Source: a virus (taxonomy: Duplodnaviria > Caudoviricetes). Taken from it: a stretch of DNA of 64,000 nucleotides. Shown here one piece after another: positions 19,208-28,777 of the stretch. The position numbers and the translations under genes are program-made. Positions within the stretch are counted from its first letter, which is position 1; each line of letters opens with the position of its first letter. The stretch lies in the IMG/VR virus record IMGVR_UViG_3300043104_000334; one strand, 5' to 3'. The notes below the pieces were generated by a model that was not told where the DNA came from, did not search any database, and was given only the letters and a program-made list of their open reading frames with translations.

Positions 19208-19651
19208 TCATTTTAACATCTCCACAAATGTTATAAGATATTGAATCCTATCGTGAATAGTAAATCTATTACGATAGAAAAAGTGACATATAAGAATAGC
19301 AATTAAAATAGACATCATAATATTCTCAGATTTTGTAATCTTTAATTGCTTTCCTAAAATCCATGATATCCATGTTCGTATCACTATGATTCCAATAATT
19401 GGTGACATTATAAATAAAGCAGCATTACTGCTATATGCTGTCTCCCAGTCAAAGTGAGCCATAGCAATTAACATATGACTCACTCCACACCCTGGGCATA
19501 ACAATCCAGTTATCACATTAAACAAACATGGTATCCCAATATTAAATTTTGATACCGTAATCGCCTGTAATGACATTACAATGCATAAGCATGCAGTAAG
19601 TAACAGCCGCTGCTTCGGTGACTTAAGCCGTAGCGTTTGCATTGAGCTCAT
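19208..19651 (-). CDS. DUF2752 family membrane protein
   Basis: GIPCLF..ITGLLCPGCG.S motif. Confidence 0.85.
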   Translation of the reverse strand: MSSMQTLRLKSPKQRLLLTACLCIVMSLQAITVSKFNIGIPCLFNVITGLLCPGCGVSHMLIAMAHFDWETAYSSNAALFIMSPIIGIIVIRTWISWILGKQLKITKSENIMMSILIAILICHFFYRNRFTIHDRIQYLITFVEMLK

Positions 19652-19958
19652 TCTGCATAATGCAGTAGTTCACAATACCAAGACCGAAAATGGCAAGAAT
19701 CAAGAATAAGATGGTATTGTTTCCACCCTTGATGCTGTCCATCTTTACACCCATTTTGTAATTCCAGTACCACCCATAGATACCGCAGGTGATAATAGTA
19801 AACAGGAATGCTTTCCCTCCGGTTGTCTGATAGTCATCATCCGGTGTAAGAGTATTCATGTCATTCGTGATACATACGAACCAATAGATTCCATAGATAC
19901 CACACGTGATGATACTCAATATGATCTGCACTACAATGTTACGATTTTTAATTTCCAT
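19623..19958 (-). CDS. DUF4234 family membrane protein
   Basis: Duplicated IITCGIY..YW motifs. Confidence 0.85.
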   Translation of the reverse strand: MEIKNRNIVVQIILSIITCGIYGIYWFVCITNDMNTLTPDDDYQTTGGKAFLFTIITCGIYGWYWNYKMGVKMDSIKGGNNTILFLILAIFGLGIVNYCIMQNELNANATA

Positions 19959-20034
19959 GTTTTTTAATTACCTTTCTTTTATACTTAACTCCTTAAAATA
20001 TGCTCAGGGATTCATATCTAAGAAATTAGTTACC

Positions 20035-20397
20035 TTATAATTCGATTGTAAATAACTCGTTAGTTGATAAGATACCGAATGTGTATGTATTCTCATCATA
20101 ATCGTCAAGATACAGTGTGTCATCTGATATATTGTTTTCGATACAATATTCATAGCACCTTTCTGTAAGAATATCGAGAACACTCTCAGATAAACTTTCA
20201 GTGTCAATGATGCTTACGCTAATGTTACTAAGCGACAGCACATTATCTTCATGCGAGAAACCATCCTCTTGTATCACTGAATCCTCTGTATCGCTTACAT
20301 AAGATTCATATTCAGCAGAAGATTTCTTGCTGTACAGATATACACACAGTATCATCATAACAACCACAAGTAAACATAACAAGACTTTCTTCTTCAT
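20035..20397 (-). CDS. Cassette 4 partner: small membrane-anchored acidic protein (putative immunity/adaptor)
   Basis: TM then EYESYVSDTEDS; 8 bp downstream of the M15 gene. Confidence 0.7.
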   Translation of the reverse strand: MKKKVLLCLLVVVMMILCVYLYSKKSSAEYESYVSDTEDSVIQEDGFSHEDNVLSLSNISVSIIDTESLSESVLDILTERCYEYCIENNISDDTLYLDDYDENTYTFGILSTNELFTIEL

Positions 20398-20405
20398 AAT
20401 TCACC

Positions 20406-21425
20406 TCAATGATTAAACACTGAGAAGTGCATTGGGTCACATGAACTCTTTCCCCAGTTACCTCTCCAGTATAATCCGTATTTTTCAAATATTTGCATTA
20501 TTGTACACCCCTTATATATGCAAGTGTATTTGTACTGGTTATCAGTCAGCTTGGACCAATTCTCATAAGACCTTGGATATGGTCTATCAGACGAGCCATT
20601 GTTTGTATTCCAATTCCAAGATACCTCATTTCCTTTTTGGTCACTATAGTTTATATCTATAGTACCACCATACGAATGAGTTGAAGTTGAATGACTGCTG
20701 CTAGAATTATTCATCTCTCTTACACAATATCCACCAGCAACAGTAATCACAGGTTGATCAGCGCTTTCATATATCTCTTTAAAAATCTGCTTTATGATAG
20801 GTTGCAATGTAGTACAACACTGAACATTTATTGTAGCCGATACCTTAGTAAGATCTGTACTCGTCGGATTAGGGTTTGCCCATTGCCAAACATCAACCTG
20901 AATAGAACTCATAGCCTGACTATTCAAACTCCTAATGGTACTACCAGTTATACTATCACCTTGCCACTGTTTCAAGTCTGAATACGTATATGATGAGTTT
21001 GGATATAACAATGCAAATACTGCATTACAAGACTTTGTACTTCCACTACTACTACCAGCAGCTTGAGCTGTTTGCACAGCAGCTAATAACTCATTCAAGT
21101 CTGTTGGAACATCTGCAGATATTGTTGCTGAACCTGTTGAACCAATTGAACTAGCCAAATTATATGAACCTGATGCCATTTCGTCAGCATCATCCTCTGA
21201 CATACCAATAGACAAGGCTAAACTTGTGTCCCCAGTTAGACCTGTATAGGACTGTACAAATATAAGATTCTTAGATAAACCTGAAGTACTATCAGGTTTA
21301 ATAGAGTCATACGTTTCGAGAATGCTATCATTTGATGATGTACCAATAAGCAGATATATAGCAACCACAAACCCTATAAGAGTTACCAAGAATCTGAACA
21401 GTTTAAATAATGATTTAGTATTCAT
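20406..21425 (-). CDS. Cassette 4 hydrolase: type-B N-terminal anchor plus M15-family peptidoglycan peptidase
   Basis: KPDSTSGLSK...SYTGLTGDTSLALS shared with 21846 gene; GYCVR, STHSYGGTIDIN, DPMHF Zn-peptidase motifs. Confidence 0.82.
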   Translation of the reverse strand: MNTKSLFKLFRFLVTLIGFVVAIYLLIGTSSNDSILETYDSIKPDSTSGLSKNLIFVQSYTGLTGDTSLALSIGMSEDDADEMASGSYNLASSIGSTGSATISADVPTDLNELLAAVQTAQAAGSSSGSTKSCNAVFALLYPNSSYTYSDLKQWQGDSITGSTIRSLNSQAMSSIQVDVWQWANPNPTSTDLTKVSATINVQCCTTLQPIIKQIFKEIYESADQPVITVAGGYCVREMNNSSSSHSTSTHSYGGTIDINYSDQKGNEVSWNWNTNNGSSDRPYPRSYENWSKLTDNQYKYTCIYKGCTIMQIFEKYGLYWRGNWGKSSCDPMHFSVFNH

Positions 21426-21459
21426 AGTGTCTCCTTATAGAATTTGTAAATGCGAAATG

Positions 21460-21843
21460 CTAATTTCTAAATATTGTATAGTACAAGTTTTCCTCTGCGT
21501 CATACAAGATATCCTGCTCCTTATCACCAATCAAGCACTCAATTGTTTTTGTATCTTCATCAAAAGAAACAAAGGTACAGTTACTCCAATCAATTGCTTC
21601 ATCCGGAAATGTGTTTATGAATACTTCAAGATATTCCGGATCGATTGCACTGACTGCATCTTCATTGTTGACGAATACTTTATTTGATGTCATCTCAGAA
21701 ATAGCGACACCGTCCTCCGAATCATAGGATTCAGTGTCATTTTTAATATATTGTTCATAACTTGCATCCTTACTCATTAGTATGACAACAACAGCGCAAA
21801 CTAATACAATAGTAGTAATGAGCAACGGAATTATTTTCTTCAT
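21460..21843 (-). CDS. Cassette 3 partner: small membrane-anchored acidic protein
   Basis: TM then SYEQYIKNDTES; 2 bp downstream of the C39-like gene. Confidence 0.7.
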   Translation of the reverse strand: MKKIIPLLITTIVLVCAVVVILMSKDASYEQYIKNDTESYDSEDGVAISEMTSNKVFVNNEDAVSAIDPEYLEVFINTFPDEAIDWSNCTFVSFDEDTKTIECLIGDKEQDILYDAEENLYYTIFRN

Positions 21844-21845
21844 GC

Positions 21846-22775
21846 TTACCCAACCTTTCTTATTACCCAGTATCCCTTGAAATGATAATTGTATCCTTTG
21901 TGGGATGTTGCGAGGTTTCCGCTGGAGTCATATAATGGATAGTCATAAGTACTCACTGTATCATACGATACGCTGAGATGATTCTTTGCCTTAGTAGAAC
22001 TATCTGCTACATGAAATGATTTTCCATCATCACTCAAATCAGTTATACAAATTATATGACCACCATCAGTAAATAATCCACTACTTGAACTGACAAGGAT
22101 AGCAGTATTAGCATCACCCGCATATTTTTCAATTGCTCGCATTACAACTGAACAACCCACTGTGCTCGATGAATACTCAACCATTTCATATGTGCCATAT
22201 GTTCCTTTACTATTTAGTTCCGTAACAAATGTTGTTGGACCATCCCAACCCATACCATTTGAGTTACCCCACCCAGCTCTTACAGTACTAGGGAATTGAC
22301 TTTTGAAATCTGGTGGAGAAATAATTGTTCCGGACAACTCAGCTATAACGAATGTCATACTACAAAGTCCACAGCCATTATTACTAATATTACCACTTGG
22401 CCCAAGTGATGTACTAGCATAATTTGATTGTTGTACCTGATAATGATTATGATTAGAACTATCATGGGGTGAATTACCTGCAGTGTCATTTGCATTCTTA
22501 CTCACTGAACCATAGGTGCCCGCAGCCATTTCTTGTGCATCAGATTCTGATACACCAACCGATAAAGCAAGACTTGTATCTCCTGTAAGACCAGTATACG
22601 ACTTTAGGAAAACAAGTGTCTTAGATAATCCTGAAGTACTATCTGGTTTAAGAGAATTATACGTTGCAATTATACTACTATCCGATGATGCACCAATCAT
22701 AAGATACACAGCAATAACAAATCCCAGTATTATCATAAGGAATTTAAATATCTTTGCTAATATCCTACCACGCAT
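21846..22775 (-). CDS. Cassette 3 hydrolase: type-B N-terminal anchor plus C39-like cysteine peptidase
   Basis: Q...GCGLCSM, GGHIIC, VADS papain-like triad; N-terminus paralogous to 20406 gene. Confidence 0.78.
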   Translation of the reverse strand: MRGRILAKIFKFLMIILGFVIAVYLMIGASSDSSIIATYNSLKPDSTSGLSKTLVFLKSYTGLTGDTSLALSVGVSESDAQEMAAGTYGSVSKNANDTAGNSPHDSSNHNHYQVQQSNYASTSLGPSGNISNNGCGLCSMTFVIAELSGTIISPPDFKSQFPSTVRAGWGNSNGMGWDGPTTFVTELNSKGTYGTYEMVEYSSSTVGCSVVMRAIEKYAGDANTAILVSSSSGLFTDGGHIICITDLSDDGKSFHVADSSTKAKNHLSVSYDTVSTYDYPLYDSSGNLATSHKGYNYHFKGYWVIRKVG

Positions 22776-22783
22776 AATTCCTC

Positions 22784-23842
22784 CTATAATCCAGATGTGT
22801 AATAGTACTTATAGAATATATATCTAAGCACATGTGATATTGTATAGTTGCCTTTGTTGGTTCTGCCAACGCCACCATGATAAGATGAGAAATCGATTCC
22901 TGTAATATTCTCAAGTTGTGTTACATAAGTCTTAACGTTGATATCGTCTAAGGTTATCTCTCTGTTATAAGCTTTCTCCCTAGCATCAACAAACATCTGG
23001 TATCCTACCTGATATATTGCATCTTGTACGTCTTGTCTGTTAATAACGTTAATAAGCTTTTTACCGAAGTCATACGTAATAAGTGCACATCCTTGCTGAG
23101 CTAAAGCCCAACAAGCATACACCGTAATATCACTAATAGGGTCAATTCCACAATTTATCCATGTAGTACTATATTGCCTAAGCGATGTTGTATAACTCCA
23201 AATAGGATTAACTCTATTATCTAAATGACTTTCATCCCAGTCATATGTAGTTATCTGGAATGGACCAACACCAAGTCCTGTCATAGCAGACGTTACCCTG
23301 CTTCCACTTCTAGGGGATTGCAATAACGCCACCGGAATACGATAACATTTGCCATCCTCGTTTGTATTGTAATTGGACTCAGTGTTTGCCATATACCAAG
23401 CACTGTCTACCTGTTCAAGATTTTTGGTAAGAGTAATCCAATCAATTTCCTTGTTATAAGTAGCTGGATTAAAATCCATTACATTTGTTAGACTGATGCC
23501 TTTATAGTCGGAATCAATTTCACCCCACATAGTAGCAAGGGCCATGCATGGGTTAATAGTTTCCAAAGCCATCTTATACATAGCAGTATTCTTGTCGCCG
23601 TATATTTCCTTAAGAGTCTGCGAATTAACACTCGCTAATGAGTAGTAAATGTTTTCATCAACTGTTGTAAGGTATTCACCAAACACATCATCAATAGCTA
23701 CAACAGACTGTGTTGTAAGCGTAACCTTATTGACAGTACTCTTAGTACTCGTATCAGCCACAGCTTCGTTAGGCTTGATACAAGCACACACAAGCAACGC
23801 TAACACTTGTATTACAACAAATAATTTGACTACTTCTTTCAT
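22784..23842 (-). CDS. Secreted protein, possibly lysozyme-like fold
   Basis: Signal/TM; ATMWGE and GLGVGPFQIT resemble lysozyme/transglycosylase motifs. Confidence 0.45.
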   Translation of the reverse strand: MKEVVKLFVVIQVLALLVCACIKPNEAVADTSTKSTVNKVTLTTQSVVAIDDVFGEYLTTVDENIYYSLASVNSQTLKEIYGDKNTAMYKMALETINPCMALATMWGEIDSDYKGISLTNVMDFNPATYNKEIDWITLTKNLEQVDSAWYMANTESNYNTNEDGKCYRIPVALLQSPRSGSRVTSAMTGLGVGPFQITTYDWDESHLDNRVNPIWSYTTSLRQYSTTWINCGIDPISDITVYACWALAQQGCALITYDFGKKLINVINRQDVQDAIYQVGYQMFVDAREKAYNREITLDDINVKTYVTQLENITGIDFSSYHGGVGRTNKGNYTISHVLRYIFYKYYYTSGL

Positions 23843-24954
23843 TATAAATCATGCTCCGTAAAATACTTATAGATAGCATTTGCATATTTAAGACGCTTAC
23901 TACCACTACACGAACTCTGTACGAGGTAATACTTATTACCGGACTTACTCCACTGATCTTTGCAGTTCTTGTAATTCTCATATGTAATTGCTACACGACC
24001 AGTAGCATCCTCTATTGTTGTTGCGTCATAAATATTGTCAAATACATTATAGACTTTTAATTCCTCAATAATCATACAGCACTCAGCTGTAATCATAGTG
24101 GCTTCAAAGTCACTTGGGAACTGTTCATTTGCAAGCTCGTAGTACTCGAGCAAGGATTGCTGTCTTCTTGAATAAGTCCATTGTACACAGCCATACCCAT
24201 ACTTTCCACCACGACAGGTATCCCTAACCTGCTCCATATTTGTACTGCATTCATAGGAACCTTGCTTCATTGCGAAACACCCCTCTACGTAAATGTTCCC
24301 TAAGATACCAGCAGCATTCTCAGCAGGAACACCTTGTTGATTTACCAAGAAATCCCATAAGACTGCAATGGTGTTAATCTTATCTTTACAATCCCAATCA
24401 GGGGTTTCGTATTCAGTATTGTAAATCTCAACAAGTCTCTCAGTGTTAATGTTTACAGGTTCACTGTCATAAAGTGTACATCCACGGTCCTCAAGTTTTA
24501 TACTTCCGATAATAACTGAACTATCATAATAAGGAGAACTGAGAACATCATTCTCTTCATCAATAATTGTAGCCAGCTCATTCAGGTTAACCGTGCCAGA
24601 CTTAGCATCTTCATTATCAAGAGCTTTTACTTCGGTATCCCTAAGTTTGTAGAATGTACTAGATACACCGGCAACAGGAATATCAGATACACTGTTAAGT
24701 AGTTTAGCCTCACTGTAAATATTGATAAGGCGCAACGATACCCCTGCCGTTGTTTCTGCAGATTGACTTACCTCAATAAGCTCAATTACATCAGTGCCAG
24801 AGTCATCACACAAATTGTATAAATCACTTAATGAGGCAAGACTGCTACAGAATACATAAAGGTTCAACACAAATATCAACACGATAATCGTGTTACCAAC
24901 CTTTGCCAACGCGCTTCCATGTTTCATTACTACATCACTCAGTTTCTTAATCAT
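23842..24954 (-). CDS. Membrane-anchored phage-tail-lysozyme (Phage_lysozyme2)-domain protein
   Basis: AAGILGNIYVEG, GYGCVQWTYSRR, R..YA..IY. Confidence 0.8.
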   Translation of the reverse strand: MIKKLSDVVMKHGSALAKVGNTIIVLIFVLNLYVFCSSLASLSDLYNLCDDSGTDVIELIEVSQSAETTAGVSLRLINIYSEAKLLNSVSDIPVAGVSSTFYKLRDTEVKALDNEDAKSGTVNLNELATIIDEENDVLSSPYYDSSVIIGSIKLEDRGCTLYDSEPVNINTERLVEIYNTEYETPDWDCKDKINTIAVLWDFLVNQQGVPAENAAGILGNIYVEGCFAMKQGSYECSTNMEQVRDTCRGGKYGYGCVQWTYSRRQQSLLEYYELANEQFPSDFEATMITAECCMIIEELKVYNVFDNIYDATTIEDATGRVAITYENYKNCKDQWSKSGNKYYLVQSSCSGSKRLKYANAIYKYFTEHDL

Positions 24955-24986
24955 CTTTTCGATTCTCCCATCTTTTCGATTTGATT

Positions 24987-25412
24987 TTATTCTTCAGCAT
25001 AGCTTCGATAAATAGTGCTAAGCATTTTCATTGCAGTCTCATTTAAGAACGTTCCTGCATCATAGTCAAACACATAATCGAAGTTGTACGTGAATTTGTT
25101 TCCATTATACATGGCAGATACAATAGGTTGCCCACCCTGCAACTTAGCCCGAACTTTCATAAGAGCAATACCAACGAAGTTCTTTGCAATCTTATGTTTG
25201 CACCGTTCACAATAGCAACATCCAAGCATCGAGTCATGTATGTGTGTCGAGTCATAGACAAGCATAGACTCACCGGTTTCGAGAAGTTCATTCCGATACT
25301 TTTCGTTACCAAGACACTTAAGGTAAACTACCCTAATAATGTCCTTGACATTTGTGTACTTGTCAAACTCACCATCATGAACCAATGTTTTACTTACTTT
25401 AACTATGTTCAT
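24987..25412 (-). CDS. N-terminally truncated or degenerate NADAR-like protein
   Basis: K....LLETG..MLV.....D..LG......NFVG.ALM.VR..L matches the NADAR C-terminal half. Confidence 0.6.
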   Translation of the reverse strand: MNIVKVSKTLVHDGEFDKYTNVKDIIRVVYLKCLGNEKYRNELLETGESMLVYDSTHIHDSMLGCCYCERCKHKIAKNFVGIALMKVRAKLQGGQPIVSAMYNGNKFTYNFDYVFDYDAGTFLNETAMKMLSTIYRSYAEE

Positions 25413-25423
25413 CAGATCCTCCT

Positions 25424-25822
25424 TTAATAATCATATTTATCACCTGCATTGACTGTAAGCTTACCATCAGAATCAATTGTGATAGAGTACATTCTACTAT
25501 TATAATAGAACAATGCACTATACCCATTTTCCTCTGTGTAGTACACCCAATTACACTCAGCAGCTACATCATAAGGGATACCATAGACTTCAAGAACTTT
25601 CTCATTTTCTGTAAGCACACTCGCAATGAAATTATCATCCGCATCCGTTGTACTTGTGATGTCAATCTGATTAGCCTCAGTGTCTTCTGCTACATAATCA
25701 GCATACTGATTTCTCTGCTTCGATTGATAAACCCATAAAGCAAAACAGATAGTCGCAAATACAAGAAATACGATGATATCCCTTATTACTTTTGTATTCA
25801 ATCTAATTTCTTTACGTTCCAT
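25424..25822 (-). CDS. Cassette 2 partner: small membrane-anchored acidic protein (start revised to MERKEI)
   Basis: AAGGAG RBS; TM then QYADYVAEDTEA. Confidence 0.7.
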   Translation of the reverse strand: MERKEIRLNTKVIRDIIVFLVFATICFALWVYQSKQRNQYADYVAEDTEANQIDITSTTDADDNFIASVLTENEKVLEVYGIPYDVAAECNWVYYTEENGYSALFYYNSRMYSITIDSDGKLTVNAGDKYDY

Positions 25823-25836
25823 ATTTCCTGTTCTCC

Positions 25837-27105
25837 TTACTTTAATATATTCTCGTACACAAATATTGCTATACCACACCGCTTCTCCCAGCCACCAATT
25901 TCTTCACGTTCGTCATAACTAACCTGACTTGCGCAATAATGTGTCCTGCCGCGTTTGTACTGAGATTTAAGTGCACACCGCTCATCCTTACTTGCAAAAT
26001 AATATGTAGCCTGTTCAACACTATTGGCATTTTCATTAAACGTTTTAGCATCACTTGCCTGATAACTAGCTTTCATATACGTCAATATATATTCACATTG
26101 AAAGTTTGCATCGTACCACTGTACTCCTTTATCAATTGCCGCTTGAACTATTTCCTTTGCAGTTCCTCCATCCCACTGTAATACACCTATCGCTTTGCCA
26201 TTCTTAAAATCACCAGTTATCTTATTATTAACTATTTTAGCAGCTCCTCCACTCGCCCAATTAACTACTTCCTCATTTGACATTGGGCCATTGCTGCTAG
26301 GTGTTTCTTCTGCACCTTGTCTACATCCCATATAGTACCCACACTCAGCATAGAAGTTACCAAGAACCCCGGCTATAGCATTTTTATTATATCCAGCAGC
26401 AGCTAACGTATTTGTGACAGCTACCATATTTTTTATTAAATCTGTCGCACCGTCTGGCGCTACAAGCAGTGACGTCATATAATCCTGACCGTTATCATCT
26501 ACTGTAGCACCATGTAACGTATTTGTTTGATACAACCCAGGATATTTACTATCCCAATTTGTATTAGTAAATGAAATTGTTATAGGGTCTCCTGTAAGTC
26601 CAGAGAAATCACCAACGCCAAGACTTGTACCACCTGATGAAACAGTTGATGAAGAACTGGTACCGGCTTCCGCAGTAGCCATATCAGCATCTTCCTGCTG
26701 AACATCACTGCTCATAGTAAGCGTAACAGTTGTTGTGCCATCAGCATTTACTGTCACGTAAAATAACTTTTTATCAAATCCATTCTTTGAATTGCTAACA
26801 CGAGCCGTAAGAGACGTATACTGGTCTACAAGTTTGTCCAATGAGACATTGGCGGACACAATAAGGTATATTGTTATGACTACAATCAATCCAACAACTA
26901 CTAAGCTGATAGTCGGATTAAATAATATAAATGTCAGTATACTAGGCTTATGCTTTGTTGGACCTTTTTCAGCTATCTTAGCATCCCTAGCAGCCTTTCT
27001 CGCTTGTGCTCTCTTTTCCCACTTTGAATAAACCTTTACAGACTCGGTTATTGTCTCCTCACCGTGGTCAGTCATGGTAGTGACTTGTCTCATTTCATAC
27101 TTCAT
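25837..27105 (-). CDS. Cassette 2 hydrolase: type-A N-terminal anchor plus phage-tail-lysozyme domain
   Basis: KNGFDKKLFYVTVNADGTTT...QQED..ATAEAGT shared with 27911 gene; AIAGVLGNFYAEC, IGVLQWD. Confidence 0.8.
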   Translation of the reverse strand: MKYEMRQVTTMTDHGEETITESVKVYSKWEKRAQARKAARDAKIAEKGPTKHKPSILTFILFNPTISLVVVGLIVVITIYLIVSANVSLDKLVDQYTSLTARVSNSKNGFDKKLFYVTVNADGTTTVTLTMSSDVQQEDADMATAEAGTSSSSTVSSGGTSLGVGDFSGLTGDPITISFTNTNWDSKYPGLYQTNTLHGATVDDNGQDYMTSLLVAPDGATDLIKNMVAVTNTLAAAGYNKNAIAGVLGNFYAECGYYMGCRQGAEETPSSNGPMSNEEVVNWASGGAAKIVNNKITGDFKNGKAIGVLQWDGGTAKEIVQAAIDKGVQWYDANFQCEYILTYMKASYQASDAKTFNENANSVEQATYYFASKDERCALKSQYKRGRTHYCASQVSYDEREEIGGWEKRCGIAIFVYENILK

Positions 27106-27113
27106 ATTATCAC

Positions 27114-27464
27114 CTATTTATTCAGCAGACTACGGTACATTATCTCTAATGTAGTAAGCCTTCTGTTGTCATCGACTGATGGATTTACAAACGTACTTGG
27201 TGAGTATGTAACAGCATCTAAGAATCCATTCTTAGAGATAGACCTGACAAGCGCTGATGCTGTTTCTTCATTTGTAACAATACAAATGTCAAGCGCTTCA
27301 TCATAAGCTGCGATAAAATGTACAACAGCCGGAAATGTATAATCGGACACTTCTTCCAACTTACATGTGTCATCGTAGACCGTAAGCTTTTTGTTTATGT
27401 ACACACCAGAAATTTCATAAGCCGCTAATTTCTGCGTATCATCATTCCTTAATAGTATTCTCAT
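27114..27464 (-). CDS. Hypothetical protein
   Basis: 116-aa ORF with RBS between cassettes 1 and 2. Confidence 0.7.
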   Translation of the reverse strand: MRILLRNDDTQKLAAYEISGVYINKKLTVYDDTCKLEEVSDYTFPAVVHFIAAYDEALDICIVTNEETASALVRSISKNGFLDAVTYSPSTFVNPSVDDNRRLTTLEIMYRSLLNK

Positions 27465-27485
27465 ATAGTTGCCCTCATCCCTTAA

Positions 27486-27914
27486 TTATTCTGCATTAGT
27501 GAGTTCGTTTATTGTATCAGAGTCGCCAATATATTCATCATCGACATATAGCATTGCATAGAACTTATCATCAGTTATCCAGAAACTAGCATATGCATCG
27601 TTATCAAAGATTAGCATACCGTTTACTGTATTATCATCGTTGCTTTCTCTAACATTAGATATTTGCACAAATGAGTATCCATAAAGTGAGCTAACATTGT
27701 TTATGAAGTCACTAACATCCTGTCTGCCTTTTATGGAATCAGCCTCTAAACTATCGTAATAATTGAATGTGTCTGTTGTGCTGTCTTCACTTGATATGTA
27801 TGCATCATATGTATTTTTATACTCACAATATTTGTGGTAGCATATGACTATAGCAATTATATTAAGTACCATAAGGATACCCAATATAACTAGACTCTTG
27901 TACTTGTCTTTCAT
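27486..27914 (-). CDS. Cassette 1 partner: small membrane-anchored acidic protein
   Basis: TM then TYDAYISSEDST; ATGA overlap with upstream gene. Confidence 0.7.
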   Translation of the reverse strand: MKDKYKSLVILGILMVLNIIAIVICYHKYCEYKNTYDAYISSEDSTTDTFNYYDSLEADSIKGRQDVSDFINNVSSLYGYSFVQISNVRESNDDNTVNGMLIFDNDAYASFWITDDKFYAMLYVDDEYIGDSDTINELTNAE

Positions 27915-28777
27915 ACGTAAGACCCCCTGACTATCTTTACAATCTTACCCTTCCATTCTGGATGGCATACAGATGTTCCAGGATTACCGTGCCATGAACC
28001 TGTACCACTTGGATACCATGTAGGAACACTTGTATTGTTTTTGTTTACGAGAAACTCTATTGTATTCATAGTGTCTGCACTCGCTTCATGTCCCCATACT
28101 GTCCAGTTGCTATCACCACTACTTTTTATTTCACCCACTACACATGGTATTATTACAGTGCCATTAGACGTCTCAACATAAACATCAATTGTCTGTCCGA
28201 CATCAGCTATGCCACCATTATCAATCCATGATACTGCAACAACATACCTACCATCAACGACACCAAACCCTTCATCATCAAAAGCTGTTACATCACCGAT
28301 CGTACTATCCCAATTAGGATATTTACTTTTTCGCCATATGTACTGTGGGGATGATTGACTTGTTATCATCTGCCAACCCATATACGTATAACAAAACTTG
28401 CTGTAAGGACAGCTACTAAAGTCTATTGTATCACCATCTACGATAAGTTTGGTGTCACCTGAACTAGATTCAGTAGTACCAGCTTCCGCAGTAGCTGTAT
28501 CAATATCTTCCTGTTGTATATCACTACTACTTGAGGTAAGTGTCAATGTTGTAGTTCCATCAGCATTTACCGTAACATAGAATAATTTCTTATTAAATCC
28601 ATTCTTTGAACTAGTAGGCTTACTCGTCAATGACGTGTACTTTTCGATTAGAGTGGAGTCTTTCACCTGTATGGAGCAAACTAAAGCAATATATGCAGCT
28701 CCTAATATTAAGACTAATAATACAAGCCTTATTAAAATAGGAGACACTTTATGCTTTCCATTATTTTGATTATTCAT
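27911..28777 (-). CDS. Cassette 1 protein: type-A N-terminal anchor plus putative double-psi-barrel (3D/RlpA-like) wall-lytic domain
   Basis: Shared type-A N-terminus; TYM..IT..SSPQY, DGRYVVAV, G..IDV, IPCVVGEIK, IEFLV; domain call tentative. Confidence 0.55.
   Translation of the reverse strand: MNNQNNGKHKVSPILIRLVLLVLILGAAYIALVCSIQVKDSTLIEKYTSLTSKPTSSKNGFNKKLFYVTVNADGTTTLTLTSSSSDIQQEDIDTATAEAGTTESSSGDTKLIVDGDTIDFSSCPYSKFCYTYMGWQMITSQSSPQYIWRKSKYPNWDSTIGDVTAFDDEGFGVVDGRYVVAVSWIDNGGIADVGQTIDVYVETSNGTVIIPCVVGEIKSSGDSNWTVWGHEASADTMNTIEFLVNKNNTSVPTWYPSGTGSWHGNPGTSVCHPEWKGKIVKIVRGSYV

Noticed and set aside
23842-27105. Prophage tail/lysis module
   Set aside because: The phage-tail-lysozyme domains are on TM-anchored proteins; no capsid, terminase, portal or tape-measure gene was recognised
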